53,473 nt of DNA from a virus, in the IMG/VR virus record IMGVR_UViG_3300012176_000002, positions 1-53,473 of that record; one strand, written 5' to 3'. The translations under genes and the position numbers were made by a program. Positions 9,520 through 19,237 of this stretch are shown here, in pieces; positions within the stretch are counted from its first letter, which is position 1; each line of letters opens with the position of its first letter. The notes under the pieces are model-generated. The model was not told the DNA's origin, ran no database searches, and was given only the letters and a program-made list of their open reading frames with translations.

Positions 9520-9775
9520 CCCATTTCTTAACTGTTACTTCTCTTAACTCCACCTCTGTGCATTCAACATCATCATCGTATTCCCAAGGACTTTCATCCT
9601 GTGCTTCAGTGGCTCCCTCCCCGTAATATGTGGAATAGAATACCCCATTGTTCTCAAAAATAATTTTGTGATGAATTGTCCACCTTCCCGTATCTACAAT
9701 TTCATCATGAATCGCACTCCCCGGTAAATCTAGTTCATTAATTAAATAATCCTTACTGAATACTTTTTTAGCCAT
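9506..9775 (-). CDS. Phage hypothetical protein
   Basis: GRW...GATEAQDESPWE motif; RBS GGAGG. Confidence 0.7.
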   Translation of the reverse strand: MAKKVFSKDYLINELDLPGSAIHDEIVDTGRWTIHHKIIFENNGVFYSTYYGEGATEAQDESPWEYDDDVECTEVELREVTVKKWVERG

Positions 9776-10691
9776 TTTGTATATCCTCCTCAGATATTAT
9801 TCCCCACCCCATACAATGAGAGCACTCTTTATAGTCTTTATTAATTTCACGCATTAAATCTTCAAGGTATTCACTTACTTTTTTCTCCAGATCAAGATAA
9901 TTTATTCCGCAAATTGATGGTGCAAGGACACAATCTTTTCCATAATCAGATGAACTAGATTTATTTTTCAGATTAAGAATCGTCTGTTTTTTATCTGTTA
10001 TATTCTTCGTGACCCATCTAGGTTTTCTTCTTTTATCTCCTTTGTTTTCATCGTAAGAATATTGATATGGATCTGCCAAAAGTATCTTCTTCACTACTTC
10101 AAAATGAAAATCATAATCGGAAGAAATGTCTGCATATCTTTTGTCAATATGTAATTTCACATGATTTCTAATTATGCTATACATCTGCTCACTCGCAACG
10201 AAACACGGCTTGTCACATAACACGGATGGATGATATTGAATTTTATCTAAAAGGTAATTCTCAGCGTATAATTTGTTCTCAACAAAGCTAAAATCTTCTT
10301 TGTCATATATGACGTTAATTTCGAATTTAATATCCTCGTATCCACCATCTTCTTCATCATAGGCTCTCTTATATAGCCCAGAGACTTCTTCATACTCTTC
10401 CCCAAGTTTATCAACAACTATCGTCTTGGGCATGATATCACTTGGAGTATAACCGTCTTTCAACTCATACCTAATGTTGATCTGCTTATTAGGTAGTTTT
10501 CTTTGAATTTTTGTAGGTAGTACTGATAACTTAAACCAATTGTTCTGATATGTCTTCTCTGCAGCCGCCCCATCAAATAATAAATATTCAATCATTGGTA
10601 ATCCATAATTATTTTTATTCTTGCCGGTTTGTATATAAACGCATTTTGCGGTTATTATAACGTCATATTGAATTGGTGCATTATCGCTCAT
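9768..10691 (-). CDS. Phage hypothetical protein with C-terminal CxxCxGxG
   Basis: 307-aa ORF containing ISSDYDFHFEV and CSHCMGWG. Confidence 0.75.
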   Translation of the reverse strand: MSDNAPIQYDVIITAKCVYIQTGKNKNNYGLPMIEYLLFDGAAAEKTYQNNWFKLSVLPTKIQRKLPNKQINIRYELKDGYTPSDIMPKTIVVDKLGEEYEEVSGLYKRAYDEEDGGYEDIKFEINVIYDKEDFSFVENKLYAENYLLDKIQYHPSVLCDKPCFVASEQMYSIIRNHVKLHIDKRYADISSDYDFHFEVVKKILLADPYQYSYDENKGDKRRKPRWVTKNITDKKQTILNLKNKSSSSDYGKDCVLAPSICGINYLDLEKKVSEYLEDLMREINKDYKECSHCMGWGIISEEDIQNG

Positions 10692-10990
10692 TCTCTCTCC
10701 TCTTGATCATTTAGTTCAACGCTAAGTTCTATATCGTATTTCAAATCATCTTTGAATATGGTCTTATCCCATATGAAAAACTCCCCCACCAATAAATTGG
10801 CATCATCATCAAATTCTAAATCTTTCATCGCTACTCCGATTGGAATGCCAGTCGCTTCTTTCCGGTAGTCAATCAATGGCACATGTTTGCTATTCTGTAA
10901 CGCTTTTTCTATAACATCTTTTGAAATATATCTGTAGTCACTATTAATCCCCAAAGGAATTCGAACTTTTAATGTTATTAATTGATCCAT
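10688..10990 (-). CDS. Hypothetical protein resembling a prohead protease-like N-terminal domain
   Basis: N..YISKDVIEKAL...VPLI...PIGV pattern. Confidence 0.5.
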   Translation of the reverse strand: MDQLITLKVRIPLGINSDYRYISKDVIEKALQNSKHVPLIDYRKEATGIPIGVAMKDLEFDDDANLLVGEFFIWDKTIFKDDLKYDIELSVELNDQEERE

Positions 10991-11082
10991 TTTCCCCCTT
11001 TTACATTCCGGTGGTATTATCGATGATTAAATCATTTATCATGTCTCTATATCCAAAAGGACTATCTATACTTGGATATTGT

Positions 11083-11226
11083 TTAATTAGTATTTCTTTC
11101 CCATAATTCGCAATGATGTTCTGGTGGAGCCATATAATCATCTGCATCACAAGCATATTGCTGTGGATTTTCACATTTCTCATATCGTTCGTCCCAATGT
11201 TCACATGTCTTGCAAATTTCTTTCAT
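11083..11226 (-). CDS. Small Cys-rich protein (47 aa, not in ORF track)
   Basis: GGAGG RBS; translates as MKEICKTCEHWDERYEKCENPQQYACDADDYMAPPEHHCELWERNTN. Confidence 0.6.
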   Translation of the reverse strand: MKEICKTCEHWDERYEKCENPQQYACDADDYMAPPEHHCELWERNTN

Positions 11227-11373
11227 TACGTATTCCTCCTTGCTATTCAATTATTAGTGACATATTAGTAACAAAAATCATCTATAATGTGTAGTTATTC
11301 CAATCGGCAAAGAAAACATCTTTTTTAATTGCTTCATTTTCAACACTTATTGTTTCCCCCGCGTACTTTATTT

Positions 11374-12015
11374 TCATGATGATTTATCTTCCTTAAAAAA
11401 GTCAATATTTGAAACGAAATCCATGTTCCCGTTGCTTATTAAAACAAATTCTGATACCCTTTCATCCAATTCTGTTAATGCTCTATCAATATACTCACCA
11501 GTATCTTCATCATATTTTTCAAACCAATATTCGACGTTATCATCGACACTAGTGTTTTTGAAAATAAAGCATGGACTCTCGTTTTCGTCTACATTTAATA
11601 TGCACTCTGATATCTCAAGGAATCTCTCTGTAATGTGTCCCCCATATTCACTCATATAAGAAGCATTTAGGTTTAAAAATTCCTTAATGCAATTACTCAC
11701 AAATATTTTATCTTTCGTAAAAAATATCTGCTGGTTTGCCATTTCCCACAATACCCTGTCAGACATACAATCGCAATTGTTTATCTTCTCATTCAATTTT
11801 CGATTAATATTCAAACACTTATTAAACCTCATGGCAGACATAAATCCAATTGGTTTCGTGCCATTCTCAATAAACTGGCTACGATTATACCGACATAAGT
11901 ACTTTTCCATTAACACATCCCATACTATCGGAGAAAATAACCATGAATTCCTGAACTCCACACTTTCAAATCCCCTATAATCTGTATCCATAACCCACAA
12001 ACTACTTTTGCTCAT
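11374..12015 (-). CDS. Hypothetical protein
   Basis: 213-aa ORF with RBS. Confidence 0.7.
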   Translation of the reverse strand: MSKSSLWVMDTDYRGFESVEFRNSWLFSPIVWDVLMEKYLCRYNRSQFIENGTKPIGFMSAMRFNKCLNINRKLNEKINNCDCMSDRVLWEMANQQIFFTKDKIFVSNCIKEFLNLNASYMSEYGGHITERFLEISECILNVDENESPCFIFKNTSVDDNVEYWFEKYDEDTGEYIDRALTELDERVSEFVLISNGNMDFVSNIDFFKEDKSS

Positions 12016-12053
12016 TATTAATCATCCTTTCATATTTTAATAAATAATAGTTA

Positions 12054-12587
12054 TTATACGCATTCTAAAACTATATCAAGGGCATTCATTAAGCAATGTA
12101 GCCTTGTATAGTCAGCCTTCTCATCCTTTTCCTTGACTCTCAATACTGATGCAGAATCTATGTATACATCAATATTCGTGAATTCATCTATGATCTTATC
12201 GCATTCAAGGCGTAAAATTGCTGGCAAATTTGAAGCATAATTTAACACCCTTGGTAATATTTTAATATAATTATTGTTGCAAAAATATTTAGAATACTGT
12301 GATGAATAATTAGGAATTTGTGTTTTTACGTTATTCGGTGATTTCTCAGGAAGATTATCGTAAAAACTGGCACAAAGCCCCCTATTGTTGCAAACAATAA
12401 CATTTTCGAGAGCGTTACATTCCTCTAAAACCAACTTCACAATATCTTGCATGGAATAATCTGAAGGTATTTTGATGCTCTGTCTCAATTCACCTCTGTT
12501 AAATACCATCATGTGATTTTCGCCCTTGTTTCTACTAAAATCAATACTGACTATCTTCATTATGTTAACATTGCCTCCTGTTTTCAA
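12054..12587 (-). CDS. Hypothetical protein resembling a degenerate terminase large-subunit nuclease (RNase H-like) domain
   Basis: IVSIDFS ... IVCNNRGLCASFYDNL ... DYTRLHCLMNAL pattern. Confidence 0.45.
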   Translation of the reverse strand: MKTGGNVNIMKIVSIDFSRNKGENHMMVFNRGELRQSIKIPSDYSMQDIVKLVLEECNALENVIVCNNRGLCASFYDNLPEKSPNNVKTQIPNYSSQYSKYFCNNNYIKILPRVLNYASNLPAILRLECDKIIDEFTNIDVYIDSASVLRVKEKDEKADYTRLHCLMNALDIVLECV

Positions 12588-12619
12588 ATTTTGTTTGCTT
12601 TAATAATTACATGCAAGAG

Positions 12620-12910
12620 TTAGAGCTTTACAAATGGAATATCTGTAAGCGGATCAATTTTGCATTGTGGCAAAATATAATCAAGCAATTTATCAAAGCA
12701 GCCACAGCACATGTTTAGATCTATCTTAGTCAAATCGTAATTGCTGCCGTATCCAATCTTGTAATGGAATCCGAACTTTTCTTGTTTGTCCCACCTATCA
12801 AATTCTTTCCCACATATATTGCAAACTTGTTCTCTTTTGTTGTTGGACTTTTCCTCATCAATCATTTCTTCGTACATTTGCTTAATTAACATTTTTTGTC
12901 TTTCAGTCAT
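12620..12910 (-). CDS. Hypothetical Zn-binding protein
   Basis: CNICGK...GYGSNYD...MCCGC. Confidence 0.65.
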   Translation of the reverse strand: MTERQKMLIKQMYEEMIDEEKSNNKREQVCNICGKEFDRWDKQEKFGFHYKIGYGSNYDLTKIDLNMCCGCFDKLLDYILPQCKIDPLTDIPFVKL

Positions 12911-13362
12911 ATTGTCGCCTCTCCTTTTTCAATAGAATATACTGTGCAACCGATATTTTCTTCCCGAATTCCAACATTCATATCCCGGCACAAACATCTT
13001 ACTTTTCTAAGTGTATCTGTAAGCATTGATAGAGTGGTATAATCTCGCCCCCTTGTTTCAAATAACTCAATATTTGTATTCTCATCACAAAACATACAAA
13101 CTATATTTAGAATGTCATTCTCTGGAATTGCTAAATCCACATACGCCTTAGAACATTTAAAACTTCTACTATTATTCATGGGTCTTATCCATACGTAATC
13201 CTTCCCATCTTTTAGTCGTAGGTTTAATTCAATTTTATTTTTCTTATAAAATTTAACACGATAACTTATTTCACTAAATATCTTATCAAGTATTCTCTCG
13301 GCGGCTTCATAACTGTCTGAAAATATACCGCATCTTGTTTTTCTTGCCTCAAACATATTCAT
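12907..13362 (-). CDS. Hypothetical protein
   Basis: ORF with RBS. Confidence 0.65.
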   Translation of the reverse strand: MNMFEARKTRCGIFSDSYEAAERILDKIFSEISYRVKFYKKNKIELNLRLKDGKDYVWIRPMNNSRSFKCSKAYVDLAIPENDILNIVCMFCDENTNIELFETRGRDYTTLSMLTDTLRKVRCLCRDMNVGIREENIGCTVYSIEKGEATI

Positions 13363-13388
13363 CTCCCTTCTTTATCAACACTCCCTCA

Positions 13389-13406
13389 ATGAAATCATTC
13401 TTCTAT
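13389..13406. repeat. Junction repeat ATGAAA-TCATTC-TTCTAT
   Basis: Intergenic, upstream of the RBS of 12907..13362. Confidence 0.65.
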
Positions 13407-13436
13407 CGCTTTATATATATTTGTATAAATTTCATT

Positions 13437-13769
13437 CTACTCTGCATATTTTATACCATAGTTTTGTCCTCGCTTTGCGTATGTAAAACACCCACTAATC
13501 CTACCATTTTCGATAGTATGGTTTTTTATCATATCAACCATGTCTTTCATAAACATGTAATAACGCTTGCCACTTACTTCAGAATAAATTATAAAATGTG
13601 CAGCACTCCGACCTCTCTCTAATCCATCAAGAACCATCGTATCAGACCACATGTGATTTTGAACCCATTTATAACAATCAGAACCATTTTGATTATACTC
13701 ATATATTTTCCCAACATACTTCAACATTTCTTCCCTATCTCTTGTTACAGGAATCATAATTTTACTCAT
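13437..13769 (-). CDS. Hypothetical phage protein
   Basis: RGRSAAHF...FTYAKRGQNYGI. Confidence 0.7.
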   Translation of the reverse strand: MSKIMIPVTRDREEMLKYVGKIYEYNQNGSDCYKWVQNHMWSDTMVLDGLERGRSAAHFIIYSEVSGKRYYMFMKDMVDMIKNHTIENGRISGCFTYAKRGQNYGIKYAE

Positions 13770-13938
13770 TTAAAATACTTCCTTATTAATTAAATATTTT
13801 ATACTCTCTTAATACCTACTATTATTCAGCCAATATCTTTTCTGACTCAACCTCTCCGGTTTTTATTTTTATAGCTTTATCAATGGTCAATTCCCCCTCT
13901 ATTTAATCTCCTTTCAAAATGTGTTTCAAAATTAAATT

Positions 13939-14238
13939 TCATACCTGTCCTGCCCCAGATAGTTTATATGTCTTCTCAAAAATATCCGGTTTGCATGGGT
14001 AAAACTTTCCATTTACTCCTTTGATAATATAATCTCCATGCACAGCTCTCATATCACCTTCCGGTGTTTTTATTATTATGTCTCCAACGCGACATGTTCC
14101 ATTACAAAAATCTATCTCGAAATTTTTCCCATAAGACTTAATTTCCATTTGTGATTCAGCATTTGCACCTTCAAGAAAATTGTAAACATCAACTATGTTT
14201 TTATTGTCTTCTCCTGTGAACTGAATATATTCAGTCAT
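13939..14238 (-). CDS. PGDYG-like small phage protein
   Basis: TPEGDM...[24 protein letters not shown] motif. Confidence 0.75.
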   Translation of the reverse strand: MTEYIQFTGEDNKNIVDVYNFLEGANAESQMEIKSYGKNFEIDFCNGTCRVGDIIIKTPEGDMRAVHGDYIIKGVNGKFYPCKPDIFEKTYKLSGAGQV

Positions 14239-14256
14239 TTATTTTTCCTCCAATTT

Positions 14257-14754
14257 TTAAATGAAATTATGATTTCGTTTTAGTTTATAGTGAGTTCCAT
14301 CTTTAATGCGTTCCAACTCATCTTCAGCCCACTTCAATTTTCTCTGCAATGAATTAATCTCATCGATTTGCTTGTTTAAAAGCTTCTCCTTTGATCTCTT
14401 TGCCTCTTTATCTACCCAATATAAATGAGCTCCGGAGTATCCCCAACTATCAGTAGCTACACGATAAACATTATTGTCCTCATACTCATCAGCTTCATCA
14501 TCCCCAATACGCTTAACGCTAGTAAAGTCAAAAATAAATTCAAATTCATCAATATTTTGGTCGGATAAAGTGTAGGTATTACCATCGCCAAAATATGTAT
14601 CGACCATATATATCTCACCATTATACTCGTGCGGTTTAAATGTCCAGTTCTTGCAATGATACATATCAGAACCATAGACCCTATATTTATCGGGTTCATG
14701 TTTATATAAACCCGTGAGGATAATTCTGTTTTTATTAGTATTTGATAACATCAC
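14257..14754 (-). CDS. Hypothetical protein
   Basis: 165-aa ORF with RBS. Confidence 0.65.
   Translation of the reverse strand: MMLSNTNKNRIILTGLYKHEPDKYRVYGSDMYHCKNWTFKPHEYNGEIYMVDTYFGDGNTYTLSDQNIDEFEFIFDFTSVKRIGDDEADEYEDNNVYRVATDSWGYSGAHLYWVDKEAKRSKEKLLNKQIDEINSLQRKLKWAEDELERIKDGTHYKLKRNHNFI
14261..14278. repeat. Junction repeat ATGAAA-TTATGA-TTTCGT
   Basis: At the 3' end of 14257..14754, just upstream of the next RBS. Confidence 0.65.
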
Positions 14755-14834
14755 AACACCGCCTCTATTTCGCCTATTTCAATCAACCTAATCCCCTTCA
14801 TTTATTTATTCCCCCTTGCATCCGACAACTCATT

Positions 14835-15986
14835 TTATGATATAGCGTTCAATCTCTCTTTACTCACATCACAAAAAGGTTCACTTTCGGTATTCATCAA
14901 TTCAACATTAACCCAACGAAGATTATAGCCTTCATCCCGATTTAGTTCTTCACAAGCCACTCCGTGTGTTCCACTTCCGGCTGTTATATCAATAGTCATC
15001 CCATCAATAGGGGTAAGTAATTTGATCAACCACTTTATCAAATCTACTGGCTTTAATGTCACATGAGGATTTCTTTCGCCACTTGGAAGTTTTCTTTCTG
15101 AGGGTGACACTTTGGGCGAATATTTGATAATTGGGAACATTCTACTCCCTCCATCACCTCCTGTTTGTTCATCAAGAATTTCTGCTGTATATTCATCCAA
15201 TATAATGTTTACAGGGAATCTACCTTGTTCATTCGCTGGACTAGCCTTGTCTTCGGCAAACTTTCCATAAATTTTATCATCTTTACTCGAATAATTTGTC
15301 GTTGGATTTTTTGATGCTTTTGCATTCATCATATTAATATCAGATTGTGATATAGGCACTCGACAAGCATCAATATTCATGCCGCCACAACCATACTTCT
15401 CAATATTTTTTATGTATGTTCCTTCTAGCGGCTTCTGGAATATAGTGATGGTCTCATGAGCAGGTTTTAATCCTGCCGTTTTCCATCCATCCCATTTCTT
15501 TGCTAAATCTGACTGAGGGGTATTAATGGTTTCGCCCCAATTGCCACCCTGACCTTGATAAACCCCGTTTTTACCTCCGATTGGACGCTGCACTTTACTT
15601 AAAGGTCTTTTGCAATCAGCAGCCTTATCAAATAACTTTCCAATGTCTTGATTTTTAGGCATTCCCGTAAGGTATATCCAATCTATTTCCTCTACAATTC
15701 TAAATCCCGAATCTTCAAAAGCGCATTTCATGCGATGATTCGTCTTTGGGTGCCCGAATATCGCAACATATCCACCCGGCTTGATAATTCGGTGTAACCC
15801 CTCTGCTCTTTGCTTGTTCCAATTATAGAAGTCTCCTATGTTGTCCCATTTTCGCCCCATAAATGATAGATCATAAGGGAAATCAGATATACAACTATCA
15901 ACTGAATTATCTTGCATTGAATCGAGGAATTCTAAGTTATCCCCGTGAATGATTTCCCCGTTTTCACTTTTATAAATTGTTTTAAT
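14835..15986 (-). CDS. DNA methyltransferase (N4-C/N6-A, beta class), probable ATT start
   Basis: SDFPY (DPPY variant), HVTLKP, DITAGSGT (FxGxG variant). The conserved IIHGDNLEFL N-terminus lies upstream of ATG 15917; ATT at 15986 sits 8 nt from GGAGG. Confidence 0.88.
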   Translation of the reverse strand: MKTIYKSENGEIIHGDNLEFLDSMQDNSVDSCISDFPYDLSFMGRKWDNIGDFYNWNKQRAEGLHRIIKPGGYVAIFGHPKTNHRMKCAFEDSGFRIVEEIDWIYLTGMPKNQDIGKLFDKAADCKRPLSKVQRPIGGKNGVYQGQGGNWGETINTPQSDLAKKWDGWKTAGLKPAHETITIFQKPLEGTYIKNIEKYGCGGMNIDACRVPISQSDINMMNAKASKNPTTNYSSKDDKIYGKFAEDKASPANEQGRFPVNIILDEYTAEILDEQTGGDGGSRMFPIIKYSPKVSPSERKLPSGERNPHVTLKPVDLIKWLIKLLTPIDGMTIDITAGSGTHGVACEELNRDEGYNLRWVNVELMNTESEPFCDVSKERLNAIS

Positions 15987-16007
15987 ATTCTTTTCCTCCC
16001 GGTGCGT

Positions 16008-16529
16008 TCATGTGCATCTTATCAATTCATCTAATGTCTTCGGTTCAAAATCTCTTACATCCACTCCGACATTGAAGGCATTCTTGCCCAAATCTACGCA
16101 TAGTGGATGATGACTTTCTTTATCACTGTGTATGTGCCCATAACAATGATAACTATCATGATGTTTACAGTCCCAGACAGCTATCGGATAATGGAATAAT
16201 GCTACCTTCCTGCCTTCGTCTTTTAATAATGTGTAATCTCTAATCCAAGCAAAAAGGCTTCTGTCAAAATCCTTGTCTTTTAAGAAAGAGTCGTGGTTTC
16301 CTTTGATCAGAAATTTTTGTCCATTTAATTTCTTTAATAATTCGTTGGCCTTTCTACCGCTGCAAAATGCAAAATCTCCTAAGATGTATACCTCATCGCC
16401 CTTGCCCACCTTATTATTCCATCTGCATATCATATAATCGTCCATTTCATCGACATTTTGAAATGGTCTGTTCTCATATTTGATAATGTTTTTGTGCGAT
16501 AAATGTAAATCGCTCGTATAATATTTCAT
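16008..16529 (-). CDS. Calcineurin-like metallophosphoesterase
   Basis: SDLH, LGDF, GNHD, HYP, GHIH and NVGVD motifs. Confidence 0.9.
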   Translation of the reverse strand: MKYYTSDLHLSHKNIIKYENRPFQNVDEMDDYMICRWNNKVGKGDEVYILGDFAFCSGRKANELLKKLNGQKFLIKGNHDSFLKDKDFDRSLFAWIRDYTLLKDEGRKVALFHYPIAVWDCKHHDSYHCYGHIHSDKESHHPLCVDLGKNAFNVGVDVRDFEPKTLDELIRCT

Positions 16530-16579
16530 CTTATCTCCTTATTCTCTCCACCCACCAACGATTCTCTTTCAATTTCTTC

Positions 16580-16942
16580 TTAAAACCCCTGATACTTTAA
16601 TATCCTATATTCCTCTGGAACGCATGAGAAGCCAATAGTTTCTTTTATTATGTGACGAATAATATCTTCTTTATAATAAGTAATATTCCATCGTTCATCA
16701 TCACAAAGAATTAGCTGATCAAATCTATACCTGCTTCCTATAAAATCTATCCGGTCATAGTCTACCGCCACAATTACGGTTCCATCTTTAAGTTTTAATA
16801 TAGAACCCCTTTGTTTCATTTTAAGATTATCGACTTGTTCAAAATTATCTTCTGCAAAGTGTTTTAATCCCTTTTGAGACAAAGCGCTCGTATACCCCAA
16901 AAATGCTATGACAAGGGGGTATGTCTTTTGTTCAATACTCAT
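16580..16942 (-). CDS. Hypothetical protein
   Basis: ORF coupled to the upstream gene. Confidence 0.6.
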   Translation of the reverse strand: MSIEQKTYPLVIAFLGYTSALSQKGLKHFAEDNFEQVDNLKMKQRGSILKLKDGTVIVAVDYDRIDFIGSRYRFDQLILCDDERWNITYYKEDIIRHIIKETIGFSCVPEEYRILKYQGF

Positions 16943-17160
16943 TACTTATTTGCCCCCTTCACCCACTTATTCCAAGCAGCTTCAAATTCTGAATAATCAC
17001 AGTATCTAGAAAAGAAAGAAACCCCGCATTCACAATTTATCGAATATGGTTCCCCGCCACTATCGGGATCATAAAATGTTGGTATCCATTTTTCGGAATC
17101 TCCATTCACCACTACTGGTTTGCCGCATATCGGACACGGTTTTAAATTATTAGACATCAA
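16942..17160 (-). CDS. Lar (restriction alleviation)-like Zn-ribbon protein
   Basis: LKPCPICG...CECG...AAWN. Confidence 0.65.
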   Translation of the reverse strand: MMSNNLKPCPICGKPVVVNGDSEKWIPTFYDPDSGGEPYSINCECGVSFFSRYCDYSEFEAAWNKWVKGANK

Positions 17161-17179
17161 GATCCCCTCCTAATTTCTG

Positions 17180-17197
17180 ATGAATTTAACAATTCAT
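17180..17197. repeat. Junction repeat ATGAAT-TTAACA-ATTCAT (perfect inverted arms)
   Basis: Intergenic, upstream of an RBS. Confidence 0.7.
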
Positions 17198-17218
17198 AAG
17201 ACGTTCTTTACTACTTCA

Positions 17219-17818
17219 TCATTTCCCAAAATAATCATTTAACGAATCTTCATACCACGTCCAATTATCTACCCCGCCTTGTTCAAGGGCTTCAAGTTTT
17301 TCGCTTCTGTCAATTAAACTTTGATATTCTTCTTCACTAATTATATTTTGTGTTTCTTTAATTTTAATGCCGGTTCCCATAATTGTATTGAGAGTCTGAG
17401 ATATAGAGTCATTAAGTCTTGCCTTTATTTGTCCTTGAATAGCAGAATATAGGTCGTTGTACAGCCTATTGACCGTCTTAGATTTGATTTCATTTATGAC
17501 TTCATCTTTTGCCTCTTCAAGTGCAGTAGAGACATCATTGTTGAAGTATTCTCCATATTGCTTTTTATAGTCATCCCTGATTTCGGCAATCATTTTCTGA
17601 TAAACTTTTTCCTTGATTTCCTTTTTAATTTCGTCTCTAATTTCATATTCATCTTTATATGTAAGCGATATTTCTTTCTTCATTTCCGACTTTATTTGAT
17701 CGATTGCATTAGATGTGATATTATCAAAAGCCATCTCTGACATTTCCTTCATTACCCCAAGCTTTATTCCCTCAAACACTTCATCAAAATCGAATTCAAA
17801 TTTTAATGGTGTACTCAA
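17219..17818 (-). CDS. Hypothetical helical phage protein
   Basis: C-terminal LEALEQGGVDNWTWY. Confidence 0.7.
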   Translation of the reverse strand: MSTPLKFEFDFDEVFEGIKLGVMKEMSEMAFDNITSNAIDQIKSEMKKEISLTYKDEYEIRDEIKKEIKEKVYQKMIAEIRDDYKKQYGEYFNNDVSTALEEAKDEVINEIKSKTVNRLYNDLYSAIQGQIKARLNDSISQTLNTIMGTGIKIKETQNIISEEEYQSLIDRSEKLEALEQGGVDNWTWYEDSLNDYFGK

Positions 17819-18057
17819 TTGATCTCCTCCTTATTCAATAGCTTGACACTATTTTGGTATTTTACTAATTCTTCTGTTGCATCATAATTTTCCAAATAAG
17901 CTTCATATGATTCTTCGCACCAAGCCCCCTCGCAACACGAATATCCGCTCGGAGTAATACATGACTTATGTTCTCCGTAATCAGTTCGATAGCAATAATT
18001 ACAAATTGAATCATCATCACACATTTCATCAAATGTTTTCAATACCACACTGTCCAT
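17815..18057 (-). CDS. Small Cys-rich hypothetical protein
   Basis: ICNYC...CCEGAWC. Confidence 0.6.
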   Translation of the reverse strand: MDSVVLKTFDEMCDDDSICNYCYRTDYGEHKSCITPSGYSCCEGAWCEESYEAYLENYDATEELVKYQNSVKLLNKEEIN

Positions 18058-18086
18058 ATTTTTTTAACCTCTTTCATACCCCATAT

Positions 18087-18545
18087 CTATGATTCAATTT
18101 CACTCATTGCAATATTCGCCAATTCATCAGCTTTGTTGTTTCCATCATTATCGGCATGCCCACGGCACTTTGTAAAAGTAATATCTTTAAATTGCTTGGT
18201 CAGTTCAATCAAACTCAGCCATAAATCCTTATTTTCAACGGGTTTCTTTTGCGAAGTCCTCCACCCTCTTTTGATCCATCCATCAATCCACTTCTCATTA
18301 AATGCAGAGATTACATATTGAGAATCCATGATGACCTCAATAGGAAAAGTCTTTCTGTTCACTGCCTCAAGTCCCTTTATACATGAAGTAAGTTCCATAC
18401 GGTTATTTGTGGTATTCTTTTCACCACCATATAATTCTTTTGTTGTACTCTTGTATTCTAAGTAAACTCCCCAACCGCCTATATTCTCTTTAAACTGATT
18501 TCCGCGGCAACCGCCATCACAATATATTTTTACGGTATCTTCCAC
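18087..18545 (-). CDS. rnhA: Ribonuclease HI
   Basis: DGGCRGN, TTNNRMEL, DSQYV, VENKDLW and GHAD..GNNKADELA motifs. Confidence 0.95.
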   Translation of the reverse strand: MEDTVKIYCDGGCRGNQFKENIGGWGVYLEYKSTTKELYGGEKNTTNNRMELTSCIKGLEAVNRKTFPIEVIMDSQYVISAFNEKWIDGWIKRGWRTSQKKPVENKDLWLSLIELTKQFKDITFTKCRGHADNDGNNKADELANIAMSEIES

Positions 18546-18577
18546 TTCTTCACCTCTTTTCCAAATCTCCTATATCA

Positions 18578-18595
18578 ATAAAATCCTTATTCAAT
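18578..18595. repeat. Junction repeat ATAAAA-TCCTTA-TTCAAT
   Basis: Intergenic, upstream of the rnhA RBS. Confidence 0.6.
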
Positions 18596-18694
18596 CGCTC
18601 TAATTATCCGGTGAGAAGCTTCTACTTTTTTACCCTTCTATTGTTTAATATGCGTAAAAACTTCTCAATCGAATAGGGGTAAAGTGAAGAAAAA

Positions 18695-18886
18695 TTATTT
18701 TTTTCCTGTCTTTTTCAACGCGTCTTGACAGAACTTTTTGATCTTCCCAACTGACGCGCCGCTGTTGCACATTTCAAGCACTGCTCCCAAAATTGCGGTT
18801 GAACCTTCTAGCAATCCGGCATGCCGCACCTTGTCCAAATTATCGCAATATGCTTTCATGATTACCTCTTCTGATTTCTTATCCAT
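18695..18886 (-). CDS. Hypothetical protein
   Basis: ORF with GGAGG RBS. Confidence 0.6.
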   Translation of the reverse strand: MDKKSEEVIMKAYCDNLDKVRHAGLLEGSTAILGAVLEMCNSGASVGKIKKFCQDALKKTGKK

Positions 18887-18889
18887 GCG

Positions 18890-19207
18890 CTAATCCTCCG
18901 TATTATTTTCTACTTTAAGAAATTTGTATCTTGAATTCTGCGTTTCTATAATAATGATTGTTTTCTTTGCATTCTCAATAGTGAAGATTTCCTTCACCGT
19001 ACTAGTTAATAGACATCTATTGCTATAGTCACTTCCATCAGAATTTTTTAGATACTCAATGACTGCTCTGTATCCACACTTCGCTTCTGGTTTTTTACAT
19101 GTACGCCCTATTCTTAATGGATATCTTCCATCTAATTTTGGATTTTCCTCATGATCCGTAATACTAACAATCTCAAATATTTCTTTATCCAAATTATCCT
19201 CCTTCAA
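18890..19207 (-). CDS. Hypothetical protein
   Basis: TSTV...IETQNSRYKF. Confidence 0.6.
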   Translation of the reverse strand: MKEDNLDKEIFEIVSITDHEENPKLDGRYPLRIGRTCKKPEAKCGYRAVIEYLKNSDGSDYSNRCLLTSTVKEIFTIENAKKTIIIIETQNSRYKFLKVENNTED

Positions 19208-19237
19208 AAATTATCTCTGATTTTAGTACGTCCATTT

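Noticed and set aside
11001-11204. 67-aa minus-strand ORF from the track
   Set aside because: An overlapping frame (11083..11226) has a proper GGAGG RBS, an ATG start and a coherent Cys pattern.
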